A model generated the notes under the pieces. The model was not told the origin of the DNA. It searched no databases and saw only the letters and a list, made by a program, of their open reading frames with translations. From NCBI RefSeq assembly GCF_035594765.1, contig NC_085842.1, positions 16,654,782-16,718,781 on the forward strand: DNA of 64,000 nt, given 5' to 3'. Positions 37,576 through 48,955 of the stretch are shown here, piece after piece. Made by a program: the position numbers and the translations under genes. Every line of letters starts with the position of its first letter. The stretch's first letter is position 1. This DNA is from Anolis carolinensis. Its lineage: Eukaryota.

Positions 37576-38785
37576 TGTGGAGTTGGAGGCTTGAATCGAC
37601 TGTGGTTCTTGCCTTCTTTCTGTGTCCTTTCTTGTCTAGTCTTCCATACACCTGTGGCAGAGTTTCTTTAACTTGTAACACTGACTTCTAAATGTGAAAT
37701 GTGTTTAGCTTTTGGCTCCTCTCAACACCTTCTTGCCGATGGTTCCAGATAAGCTGCTGGAATTGGTCATGAGGCTCTGCCTCTCAGGGGCGGTCTTAAA
37801 GGGATCTCCCAACTTTGTCTTGTGGATACAGATGTGCAGGATGTCTGGAAATCCATATGAAATCCACCTGATTTTTTTAAAAAAATTGTACCATGCACTG
37901 TTGTCAGTGTTACTCCAGAAACCGCTTAGACTGGTGATTCATGAATGCTGGTTTTCCAGATATTTGCAATTTCAGCTCTTGGAACCAAAGTTTGAGAACC
38001 ATTGGCTTAGACAAAATTATAAACAGAGTTATTCTCCTGAAACTTACATCTACTGTACTTATAGGCATAGGACTCCCACAAAAGTGGAAAAACCTCCCCC
38101 ACTCTCTTTCTCTATATATACACACACACAACGTTCTATGTTGATCATATAATTGCACTGGAAGACCTGCAAATGCCTAGAAAGGTTTTTTCACTAGGAA
38201 TCTTTAGGCCAGGTCTGCACAGCCTATGGTCTTCCAGGTGTTTTGGATTTCAGCTCCCAAAATTCTTGACTATTTGACAAGCTGGCTAGGGCTTCCTTGA
38301 GTTGGAGGCTCAAATACCTGGAGAGCCACAGGTTGTGCAGGCCAGCTCTAGACTCTTAAGCGTGATTCTGTAGCTGACTTCGAGACGAGAACCTAGAGAT
38401 TCCTAGGGAGAATATATTACTCAAATCTGTAATTAATCAGATCAAATTATGCCTGCCAATGTGGAGGGCTGATGATAAATGGAATCTCAAAAAGGATATT
38501 GTGTTGAGATATGAAAAAGGAGCTTAGCTGGGGTCAACCTGTTTGCAGAATTCTTTGCAAAATGGATGCAATGAAAAAGAGGAAGTTTATTGAAACTCAT
38601 GCAAAAAATGACTGCAAACCGGTACATTTAGCAACTACATTCCTTTTTTTAACTGGAGATTCTGGCAGAGGGTCCCTGCATGGAAGCTGGTTGAATTAGT
38701 TGGCACTTGTGGTCTCTTCTAGTCATTTGAGTCTGTGATTCTGCTTCTTGTTTGGGCTCTGATCTTTTGTTTCTTGCCTTTCAAG

Positions 38786-40311
38786 GTGGAGATGGGCGAG
38801 ATCATGGAGATGAAGAGGAACCGTATGGGACTTTCCTTGGAGGAGGCCAGTGTAATCAGAAAGAAGGACAGGAACCCAAAGCTGACCATCAAGAGAGGAG
38901 CAGGGACCCCTGTGGAATCTCATGTGAGGAAATAAAGCAAAATGAAGCGGAAGAAAATGAATACCTTTGCCACGAATGTGGAAGAGGTTTCAGCTGTCCA
39001 ACAAGCTTCAGCCTTCATAGGAAGACTCATACAAAGGGGACACTACCCATAGACAGTGAGGGTCCCAAGGCCTGCAGTGTTGCCAAGTGCCTGCCGCCTC
39101 ACAAAACAGACACAAGAGAACAACCACTTATGTCACTGTGGTGTGGAAAGAGCTTCAAATGGGGCTCACCGTTGTTCTCTCCTCCAAGAAACCACATCAA
39201 AGAGCAACCCTTTAAGTTAGGGGAATGTGGGAGGATCTTCAGTCAGAAGGCACACTTCTCTCTTCCTCAAGGAGAGAACCCCATTCCAAACATGGATCAC
39301 GGAACAAGCTTCACTTCCATGATAAATGTCACTCCTCCACAAGGAACCGAGCCAGGAGAGAAACCATTCAAGTGTTTGGAGTGTGGGAAGAGTTTCACTC
39401 AGAAGACACACCTGGTTTGTCATCAAAGAAGCCATTCGGGGGAGAAACCATTTAAGTGCTTTGAGTGTGGGAAAAGCTTTGGGTGGAAGTCGAGTTACAC
39501 AAACCACCAGGCGACCCACACGGGGGAGACGCCCTTTCAGTGCCTGGACTGTGGAAAGAGCTTCGGGCGGAAGACGAGCCTCATTAACCACCAAGCAACT
39601 CACAGAGGAGAGAAGCCATTCACATGCTTGGAGTGCGGGAAGAGTTTCCGATGGAAGACCAGCCTCACGAACCACCAAGCCATCCACACGGGAGAGAAAC
39701 CCTTTCAGTGCCTGGAGTGCGGCCAGACCTTCAGCCAGAAGGTGCACCTCACCTCACATCAAGCCACTCACACGGGGGCAAAGCCCTTCGAGTGCTCGGA
39801 GTGCGGCAAAACGTTCATGCAGAAGACGCGTCTCATTTGCCACCAGGCGGCTCACAGGGGGGAGAAGCCCTTCAAATGCGCCGAGTGTGGAAAGAGCTTC
39901 AGCTGGAAGACCAGCCTCACAACTCACCAGGCCTCTCACGCAGGAGAGAAGCGGTTCCAGTGCTTGGAGTGCGGGAAGAGGTTTGAGCGGAGGATCCACC
40001 TCCTCCGTCACCAGGGGACTCACACCGGGGAGCAGGCCTTCCAGTGCTTGGAGTGCGGGAAGGGCTTCAGCTGGAAGACCAGCCTCATCAACCACCAGGC
40101 CACTCACACGGGGAGCAGGCCCTTCCAGTGCTTCCACTGTGAAAGGAGCTTCCGGCAGAAGGCCCATCTCACTTCCCACCTGTCTACTCACACCGGGGAG
40201 AAACCCTACCAGTGCCTGGAATGTGGGAAAAGCTTTTGCTGGAAGACCAGCCTCATAAACCATCAGGCATCCCACACAGGCGAGAAGCCCTTTCAATGCT
40301 TGGAGATCTGA
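38786..40311 (+). CDS. Gene B terminal exon: spacer, 12 intact C2H2 fingers and ~4 degenerate fingers
   Basis: TTTCAAG|GT phase-1 acceptor in frame with ORF 38752-40311; last finger truncated (CLEI*). Confidence 0.93.
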
Positions 40312-40474
40312 AAGATGGTGCAACTCAGAATGCGGAGAAAGTGTTGAAATGTTTGAACTACAGATAGAGGTTGAGGAAGATGCCAGATTTCAAAGCCTTG
40401 GAAGCCAGCCCTTGTTTCTCATCAAGCCCTTGTTTCTCCAGAAGACAGGAGCAGAATTCAAAACGATTGTCACA

Positions 40475-41277
40475 GATTAGAAAGATGATTGGCCAAAACT
40501 AACAAAATGAACTTCAACAGGGACAAATGTAAGAGACTCCACTTAGGCAGAAAAATGAAATGCAAAGATACAGAATGGGATACAATGCCTGGCTCAACAG
40601 CAGGATGTCTGGAAAAGATCTTGGAGTCTTCGTGGGGAGGAAGGGGAACATGAGCCAACAGTGCAATGCAACAACTAAAAAAGCCAATGGGATTTTGGCC
40701 TGCATAAATAGGAGTATAGTGTCTAGATCCAGGGAAGTCATGCTACTTCTCTATTCCGTCTTGGTCAGACCTCACCTGGAATATTGTGTCCAGTTCTGGG
40801 CACCGCAACTAAAGGGAGATGTTGATAAGCTGGAATGTGTCCAGAGGAGGGCGACTAAAATGATCTGCCGAACAAGCCCTATGAGGAGCGGCTTAAAGAG
40901 CTGGGCATGTTTAGCCTGCAGAAGAGAAGGCTGAGAGGAGACATGATGGCCATGTATAAATATGTGAGGGGAAGTCATAGGGAGGAGAGAGCAAGATTGT
41001 TTTCTGCTGCCCTGGAGACTAGGGCGCAGGACAACGACTTCAAACTACAGGAAAGGAGATTATACTTGAACATTAGGAAGAACCTCCAGACTCAGAGCTG
41101 TTCAGCAGTGGAACTCTCTGCCCCAGAGTGTGGTGGAGTCTCCTTCTTTGGAGGCTTTTAAACAGAGGCTAGAAGGCCATCTGTCGGGGGTGCTTTGAAT
41201 GCGATTTTCCTGCTTCTTGACGGAATGGGGTTGGACTGGATGGCCCACGAGGTCTCTTCCAACTCTAGGATTCTATA
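40475..41277 (+). mobile_element. CR1 LINE 3' fragment
   Basis: KDLGVFV...KKANGILACINR...LYSVLVRPHLEYCVQFWAP; CR1-type 3'UTR. Confidence 0.88.
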
Positions 41278-41538
41278 AACAACTCACACAGAGAAAGAAC
41301 CATAAATTAGAATCACAGATTTGGATGAGGTGCCCAGGGCCATCCATTCCAACCCCTTCCTGCCATTCAGGAAGCACCATCCAAGCACGCCTGACAGATG
41401 ACCATCCAGCTTCTGATTTGAATCACTGCCAAGCATCTCTTAACATCAGGAAGTTCTTCCTAATGTTTGGGTGGAATTTCTTTTTTTGTAGTTTGAATCC
41501 ATATTGTCTGCTTTGAACTGGATTATATGAGTCTACAC

Positions 41539-41672
41539 CAGGCATGGGCAAACTTCAGCCCTCCAGGTGTTTTGGACTTCAACTCCCACAATTCCTAACA
41601 GCCGGTAGGCTGTTAGGAATTGTGGGAGTTGAAGTCCAAAACACCTGGAGGGCCGAAGTTTGCCCATACCTG
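41539..41672. mobile_element. Palindromic hAT-type MITE
   Basis: Near-perfect palindrome, 8-bp TSD GTCTACAC; nested in a Harbinger-like MITE. Confidence 0.88.
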
Positions 41673-42159
41673 GTCTACACTGTCATACAAGCCAGTTCAA
41701 AGCAGACAATATGGATTTTATATGGCAGTGTAGAAGGAGTTTCAGTCTCAGGAGCAGCAGTAAACTTGCCTGACCATAGAACATCCCTTCAGATATTTAA
41801 ACACGGCTATCACGGTGCCATTTAAGCACGTGGGACATTGATACTAGCAAGATGGAAACCCCAATTTGTTATCAAGCAACTCATCACGGTGGGAAACCAT
41901 TTCAGTGCTTCAAATGAGTGAAAGGTTTCACTTATCGTCTAGCAATTAATAAGCAAGGAACCATTGAAATGTTCTTTAACTGTGAAAAGAACTGTAATTG
42001 CAGAACTGATTTTTTGTTTCTACTACAGAGGACTCATTGAGGGACTGCATCTTTTTTCACAAAGCAAATATACAGCTCTCCTTTATTGGAATTATTGTTG
42101 ACCTTCAATTTAAGATGTCATTTGGTGCCATGTGGGATAAAATGGAAGCACTTAATAAA

Positions 42160-42635
42160 GTAATAATAATAAAAACACTTTATTTATATTCCGCCCTATC
42201 TTCCCAAGGGGACTCAGGGCGGATCACAGTACACATACAGGGCAAACATTCAATGCCGTTTGGACAGACCGACAGCACAGACAGAAAGGAGGTATGTGAT
42301 AAAGGTCCAGCTTCGGTACCTTGGAGGTTGTGCTCGGATTCAGCCACAGGGGGTGCTGTTGCTCCATTCTCTGACAAAGAGCCATCAGGACTTCCTCCTT
42401 CCTTTTGGTCACCAGCATTTCTGGTCTTGTTCTTTATGGTGTTAAATACATCCTCTGCTTAAGTAGCAGTACCTAATTTCTCTATTTACATCTCTAAGCT
42501 GTTTTCGAACTGCTTAGATAAACAGTGAGCTGGGCTTGACAGTCGGGTGCTCACCCCGACCGGGCTTCGAACCGGCCACCTTTTGGTTGGTAGATCTTAT
42601 TGTTGATTATTTACCAGCTGTGCTAAAGCCCAACC
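42160..42635 (-). mobile_element. tRNA SINE with L2-derived tail (second subfamily)
   Basis: Reverse-complement homolog of 48106-48621. Confidence 0.7.
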
Positions 42636-43395
42636 CTTAACTCTTTTTAATTTTCAGTTGTGATGAAGAGAATTTCAAGTGTCCAGAATAAAATCAAAGA
42701 GAACAGCGGTGTTTTAGACCATTGCAAGAATTCCTTGATGATATTGGGAATCTCTGCAAGTCTGCCTAATAAGCAACTGTTCATGAAGATTAGCTCTGAA
42801 GCTCATCTTTTTAAAAATGTTGTGTCTGTTTCATATTTTTCAGGGATTGCTCACTTATTACCTGATTGAAATTTCATTGGGTGATTTGTAAGTCCATAGC
42901 TGAGATAATAAAGGCAACACATGGGAATGATACAACTTCAACGTACTGTGAATCCTACATATATTTTATTTTGCATGTTGGTTTCCCTATCAGGGCTGTC
43001 ACCCAGACTTTCTTGAGTGAATTTCTTTCTGCCAAACTTTGCCGAGTTTTCCAGCTAAGCACCATCTTGGTTCTGAAACCAGTTAGTTCCTTTATTTAGA
43101 TAGTTTGGTTTGTTAACTGTGACAAGAAAGACCCTACAACTCTCTAAAAGATCTTAACATTTAAACCAGTGGTCTCTCAACTTTGTTTGACCAGATGTTG
43201 CAGACTTCTGTTCCCAGAATTCATGGCTGTTTGCCAAGTCAGCTAGGCCTTCCAATATACCTGAAGGACCAAACTTTGGTAACTACTCGCCACACGTGTT
43301 TTAACATCTTTCTGTATCACTTCATGCAGCAAGACATGATTTGCATCCTTCTGGATATTGCAATCCATCCCACTCTTGCAATTGTATAAATGTAA

Positions 43396-44650
43396 TTAGT
43401 TTGGGCACCGGGCATTGGCTAAGTTATTTGAAAAAGTCGATTTTTAATTGTACAAAATTCATAAGGTAGTAAGTGAACTACAAATCACATCATGCCAGGT
43501 TTACTCTGAGAAACTCCATCAGTATTTAAAGTTTGTTATGTTGAGCAAGTTTGCTCTAGATGCATCATTAGTGGGGTTCGGTGTGTTTTATGGCTGTAGG
43601 GTAAACTACAACTTCCACTATGGTGAGTCAGTAGGTTGAGTTTGTCATTAGTCATGGGGGTTCTGTGTGCCAGGTTTGGTCAGTTCCCCCACCCCAACCC
43701 CTCTAGTAATCAAATTCCGGCTTATCAGGTATGTGTGCCAGGTTTGGTCCAGATCCATCAGTGTTTGGGTTTATAGTGCTCTCTGGATGTAGGTGAACTA
43801 CAACTCCCCCAAATTAAGATGAATTTTCCTCAAAAACCTCCAGTATTTTTTTCTGATCATGGGAGCTCTGTGTGCCAAGTTTGGCCCCATTCCAATTTTT
43901 GGTGGAGTTCAGAGTGCTCAATGATTGCAGGTGAGCTATAAATCCCAGTACCTACAACTCCAAAATGTCCAGGCCAATTCTCCTCAAAACCCACCAGTAT
44001 TCAAATGTGGGCATATCGGGTGTGCATGCCAAGTTTGATCCAGATCCATCATTGTCTGGGTTCATAGTGCACTTTGGATTTAGGTGAACTACAACTCGGA
44101 TAAAGACCTCCAGTATTTTTATTGGTCATGGGGCTTCTGTGTGCCAAGTTAGTTCCAGGTCCATCGCTGGTGGAGTTCAGAGTGCTCTTAGATTGCAAGT
44201 GGACTATACAACCCAGTACCTTCAACTCCTATAAATCATGGTGAATTCTCCCCAAACCTCTCTAGTATGTTCAGTTGATCAATTCCTCTGTTTGCTGTGT
44301 CCCATAGACAATAATAGGAAAGGGTTATGGGAGAGGCATTGGGCGGAGTCATGCAAAAACACTAATGGAGAGAATAAGAAACACTGGGATGTCTGTGACA
44401 GAGGAAACATAAAATCTAGGGTGAAATTGTCCCCATATGAAAGCCTTGACTTGGGTGGTGGGCAGGATGGTGTTTGTGGAGGACATTGGCAGGGCTCTTG
44501 GACATGTTCATGGCGCTCGCTATAACTTGCAAGGTCATTGGAGGGAGGGCTGTTGGTGCCTCCTGAGTGGTGGAAGTTATGGCTATTTGTGGAAGTGGAC
44601 ACCCCAGCCACACACAAAATAGATACTTTCACTTTTATTATATGTATAGA
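43396..44650 (-). mobile_element. Non-autonomous Helitron-like element with internal subrepeats
   Basis: - strand begins A|TCTATACATATAATAAAA and ends in a GC-rich segment plus CTAA|T; repeated gtgaactacaact/gtgccaagtttgg units. Confidence 0.55.
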
Positions 44651-44743
44651 TTTATAACCCGAAACTTTCCTATTTTTTGGAATTGGAGCTGAAGAAATGG
44701 GTTTCTATCAATCAATGAGAGCTAATGCAAAAAATAAGAACTA

Positions 44744-45175
44744 CGGTAAATGGGTCGGCAGAATGTTGGATAAGTGAAAATGTTGGATAATGAGGGATTC
44801 AGGAAAAGCCTATTCAATGCCAAATTAGCTTATAATTTTGCAAAACATCATATTTTACCACAAATTGACAGAAAAAGCAGTTCAATAAATGGTAACCTTA
44901 TGTAGTAATTACTATATTTAGGAATTTAGCACCAAAACATTTCAGTGTATTGAAAACGTTGACTACAAAAAACATTGGCTACTAACAAATTGACTACAAA
45001 TAAAGATAGAATTGCATAACAAGAACTTACATAACAACATTGTCAGAAATTCAATGTGTAAAAGGTTCAGTCCTTGCTGCCTAGAGAAACAGTTGTGGAT
45101 CTGGGCAGGAGGCAAACTGTGCTGGATAATCTAGAATGTTGGATAAGCGAATGTTGGATAAGCGAGATTCTACGG
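44744..45175. mobile_element. Tc1/mariner-type MITE (longer variant)
   Basis: gttggataagc repeats, TA flanks; homologous to ~56990-57425. Confidence 0.7.
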
Positions 45176-45302
45176 TAGTCACAGATGCTGATGCCTTTTT
45201 CTCCCTAAATTTCCTTTCACAACCAAGTTATTTAGGAAGCTCTGCCAGAGAGCACTAGTTCTTTTCCAACCTACAAGTCCTAGGTTTGGAACAAGTCCTA
45301 GG

Positions 45303-45800
45303 TCTGGCTACCAGTATTAAAAAAGACTCTAGAATCAGGACAGTAAATAAAAAACAACACTCTGAAAACTGGGGAATTCCAGACAAGAAACGATCAGGGC
45401 CAGCTAACACTTCCCAACAAAGGATTCCCCCAGGCAGGAAGCAGCCGGGCTTTGAAGATGCAAGGCTTTTCAATGCTAATCAAGGTGGCCAATTGCAACA
45501 TTCACACTTGCCTCCAACAGACAAGAGTTCTTTCCCATCCTACACACCATTCCACAGATATATAAACCCCAATTGCCTAGTTTCCAACAGACCTCACAAC
45601 ATCTGAGGATGCCTGCCTTACTTACTTAGGCGATCACTCATTGTCCGATGGCCCTCCAAGTGTCGTGTCTTGGCAGTGGGTACATAGGTGACTGTAGAGC
45701 CCTATTCTTGACCAGCTGGCCTGCCATAGATGTGGGTGAAACGTCAGGAGGGAATGCTTCTGGAACATGGCGTACTGCCCGGAAAACTCACAGCAACCCT
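45303..45800 (+). mobile_element. Penelope 3' end/pLTR with a nested 101-bp antisense LINE tail (45618-45718)
   Basis: pLTR sequence; insert has a (TAAG)n tail on the - strand and TSD GCCTGCC. Confidence 0.8.
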
Positions 45801-45820
45801 GTGTTTCAGTTCCTACCAGC

Positions 45821-46091
45821 AGGAGCCCCCGGGTGGCATAGTGGTTTAAAGCCTCCTGACTTGAAGTTCGGGTTGCTGACCTGAAGGTTGCCGGTATGAA
45901 TCCAGCCCAGGGAGAGCGTGGATGAGCTCCCTCTATCAGCTCCAGCTCCATGCGGGGACAAGAGAGAAGCCTCCCACAAGGATGGTAAAAACATCAAAAC
46001 ATCTGGGCGTCCCCTGGGCAAGTCCTTGCAGACGGTGAATTCTCTCACACCAGAAGCGACTTGCAGTTTCTTGAACTGACGGGCGAAAAAC
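45821..46091 (+). mobile_element. tRNA-derived SINE with A-rich tail
   Basis: A/B-box-like head; TSD GTTCCTACCAG. Confidence 0.8.
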
Positions 46092-46429
46092 GTTCCTACC
46101 AGTGGGCAAGCAACACTTTTTTCAAAATCAAAATCTTACTTTTTTTTTTTACTCGTGCAGATGCATCTTGCATGTGATGAAGCCTACAAAAAGCTGAAGC
46201 TACCAATTTCTTTCTTACAAGATCCCTTTGTAGACTGGCTTTCTATGGGTTAAACTGAGTGAGGTGGATTCCTAGAGAAAAAGGAAACGCCAAGGGGACA
46301 AATGTGCCTCTTGCATCCAAGGTCCAGCCCTTTCCGTCCATGGGGGAGTCGGTCTGAGAAGGGGGAGGTCAGGTCCTCCCCCTCCAGATGTTTCTCTTTG
46401 ATTCAAGCTACTGTTGCCTTCTCTTCCAG

Positions 46430-46531
46430 GAGGAAGAGCAACTTTTGGTAGTGGATGCGATGCTCAGGCATCCCTCAGTCAACAGAAAGGATTAATCAGT
46501 CTGGAAGAGGAAAACGTTGCAAGAGCAGAAG
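46430..46531 (+). other. Gene C upstream exon (5'UTR or N-terminal extension), followed by an 81-nt intron
   Basis: CTCTTCCAG| acceptor, AAG|GTAAGA donor, next acceptor TTACCAG| at 46612/46613. Confidence 0.55.
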
Positions 46532-46671
46532 GTAAGAGAATTTCAGATTTTCATCCTGATACAGTACTTTCAAAAAGGATTCATTTACCAGACCTTTCCG
46601 TTTTATTACCAGGCTGGGGCTTTCTCATCAACCCATCTCTAGCCGTGAAGGAGAATCCCATAAAGGAGAGA

Positions 46672-47121
46672 ATGGCTCTTCTAGCCCTGCTGGAGCTTGC
46701 CTGGAAGAACAGGTCGCAGGTGGAAAAGCAAGACCTCTCTGGCCCCGGGTCAATGGAAGACTCTCCTGCCATTCAGAATGGGAGTGGAGGACAGCTTTTG
46801 GGAAAGACGTTACCAGGGAGTGCTCTGAGTTCAGAGACAGAGCGCCAGAGTTTCCGACAGCAATGCTATGAGATGGACAGCAACCCTCGAGAGATTTGCA
46901 GCCGCCTCCACTCTCTCTGCCGCCTGTGGCTGAAGCCCGAGCGACACTCCAAGGCGGAGATGGTGGACCTGGTGCTCCTGGAGCAGTTCCTGGCCGTCCT
47001 TCCTGCGGAGATGGAGCGCTGGGTGAGGGAATGTGGGGCAGAGACCAGTTCCCAGGCCGTGGCTTTGGCTGAAGGATTCCTCTTGAGTCGGGAAGAAGAA
47101 AAGACACTGAAAGAACAGCAG
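46672..47121 (+). CDS. Gene C coding exon 1: SCAN domain
   Basis: [11 protein letters not shown]...[51 protein letters not shown]; CAG|GTGAGA, phase 0. Start codon uncertain. Confidence 0.88.
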
Positions 47122-47244
47122 GTGAGAAAATTTTATCCCGACATTGTCAAAGAGACACAGGGATGATTATGATGACTCCAGATCCCACAACCAATCTAAT
47201 TTCTGGGTGCTGTGAGTTTTCCGGGTTGTATGGCCATGTTCCAG

Positions 47245-48020
47245 TTAAGGTAGCAGCTCTTGAATATGTTCTTTAAAAACCCTGCAAATCCCTTACCTAG
47301 ATGACACTTACTCAAAATCTTATTTTCCATGAAAGTGTTGACAGGACATGTTCTGTCTGATATTTGCTCTTTGCTCACAATATCAGGACGTGCAAACCAC
47401 AATAATGATTTGGCTTGCTGGATAATGCATATGTGGGATGAACTATGAACATGTCACCTGTGGATAGTGAATTCGTGGAACAAACTACGGACACTTCACC
47501 TGATGCAATGAATAATGAGTTATATAAGTTACAAGGCAACTACGCATGTCCAAAAGGATTATAATAGTCAGCAAATTCCATTGTTAGGTTTCTGCGCATG
47601 CTTGTGTAAAATTCTACAAAGCGGAAAGCCACAACAGGCAAGGTGTAGCATTGCATTTTCTGGGAATTAGCTAACATTGTCACCTGCTCTTGGCCAAAAG
47701 TAAACTATCTTGAAGACAAATTCTGCTGTCAGTCTGCTTTCTTCACCCACATCCAAACGAAATTCCGTAACAAATTCTGGTGCTGAAACCCGGGAATCAG
47801 GTCAGGTGAGTGTGAAAGTGACTAGGGGCCATTTGGGGCACTACCTGATGTCCACTCGAGGCAGGCGGGGAGAATGCACAGGGGAAAAACAAGAAGGGTA
47901 CCCACAAATAACAAACCTCTGCCCTAGCTACCGGCTGGGGTCATGGGGACACTGAGAAGTTGTTTTCAAGAGCAAGTAGGGGCAGCAATGACAGGGAAGA
48001 TCGATCCACAGGGAAGGTAT
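47245..48020 (+). mobile_element. Endogenous retrovirus fragment: 5' LTR (ends 47772), PBS-tRNA-Phe and leader
   Basis: TATATAA 47521, AGTAAA 47699, ...GTAACA end, TGGTGCTGAAACCCGGGA (47778-47795; 17/18 complementary to the vertebrate tRNA-Phe 3' end), donor CAG|GTGAGT 47805/47806. Confidence 0.8.
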
Positions 48021-48105
48021 AGTTACTCAATGCTATTCAAGCTTGCTAATTGCAACAATCACACTTTAAACAGACAAGGGTTATTTCTCAAACACTGGAT
48101 ATTCC

Positions 48106-48571
48106 GCAGGGGCTGGGCTTTCGCACAGATGGTAAATCACCAGCAGTAATAAGATCTACCAACCGAAAGGTGGCCAGTTCAAACCCGGTCGGGGTGAGCA
48201 CCCAACTGTCGAGCCCTGCTCACTGTTTACTTAAGCAGTTCGAAAACAGCTAAAGCTGTAAGTAGATAAATTAGGTACTGCTGCTAATTTAGCGAGGGAG
48301 GTATTTTACGACACCATAAAATATAAGTGACCAAAAGGAAGGAGGAAGTCCTGATGGCTCTTCATCATAGATAATGGAGCAACAGCACCCCCTGTGGCTG
48401 AATCTGAGCACAACCTCCAAGGCACCAAAGCTGGACTTCAAATCACAACACACTTCTTTTCTGTCTGTTCTGTTCTGTCCTGTCCTATCTGTCCAAACGG
48501 CATTGAATGTTTGCCCTGTATATGTACTGTGATCCGTCCTGAGTCCTCTTGAGGAGATAGGGTGGAATAGA

Positions 48572-48621
<50 letters not shown>
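48106..48621 (+). mobile_element. tRNA SINE with L2-derived tail and (ATT)n, nested in a Penelope pLTR (48022-48775)
   Basis: gttcaaaccc B-box; L2 tail; pLTR resumes at 48622. Confidence 0.7.
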
Positions 48622-48622
<1 letters not shown>

Positions 48623-48825
48623 TACACTCCACTTGACTCACTGCCAGCAGAACCTCTGAAGATGCCAACTACAGTGCAGGCTAAATGTCAGGAGAGAAGG
48701 CAACTGGAACATGGCCATACTGTCTGAAAAACTCACAGCAATCCAGTGATTCCAGCCATGAAAACCTTCAACAACCTTTTTTCCCTTTCCCTTTTCCATA
48801 TCCTGATCATTCTGTGTTTCTTTAG

Positions 48826-48955
48826 ATGGTTAACTTGTCTGCAGAAGAGGCCATGCCATTGGGGGTGTCTCCCTCCAACTCCAGCTGGATGTTGCAGCCC
48901 AAGCGGATTATACAGGACAGAGGTGGAACACCCACCTCCATAAATAAGGATGCAG
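48826..48955 (+). CDS. Gene C coding exon 2 (linker; begins with an in-frame ATG)
   Basis: TTTAG| MVNLSAEEAMPLGVSPSNSSWMLQPKRIIQDRGGTPTSINKDA(G) CAG|GTACAC; homologous to gene D exon 62636-62741. Confidence 0.7.

Noticed and set aside
39326-40258. 310-aa alternative-frame ORF and antisense ORFs over the gene B fingers
   Set aside because: Expected by-product of the 84-bp periodic finger codons with C/G-ending bias, which removes off-frame stops; no domain features.
43480-44260. Regularly recurring motifs resembling a CRISPR or satellite array
   Set aside because: Eukaryotic context; degenerate internal subrepeats of a Helitron-like element; no unique spacers or cas genes.
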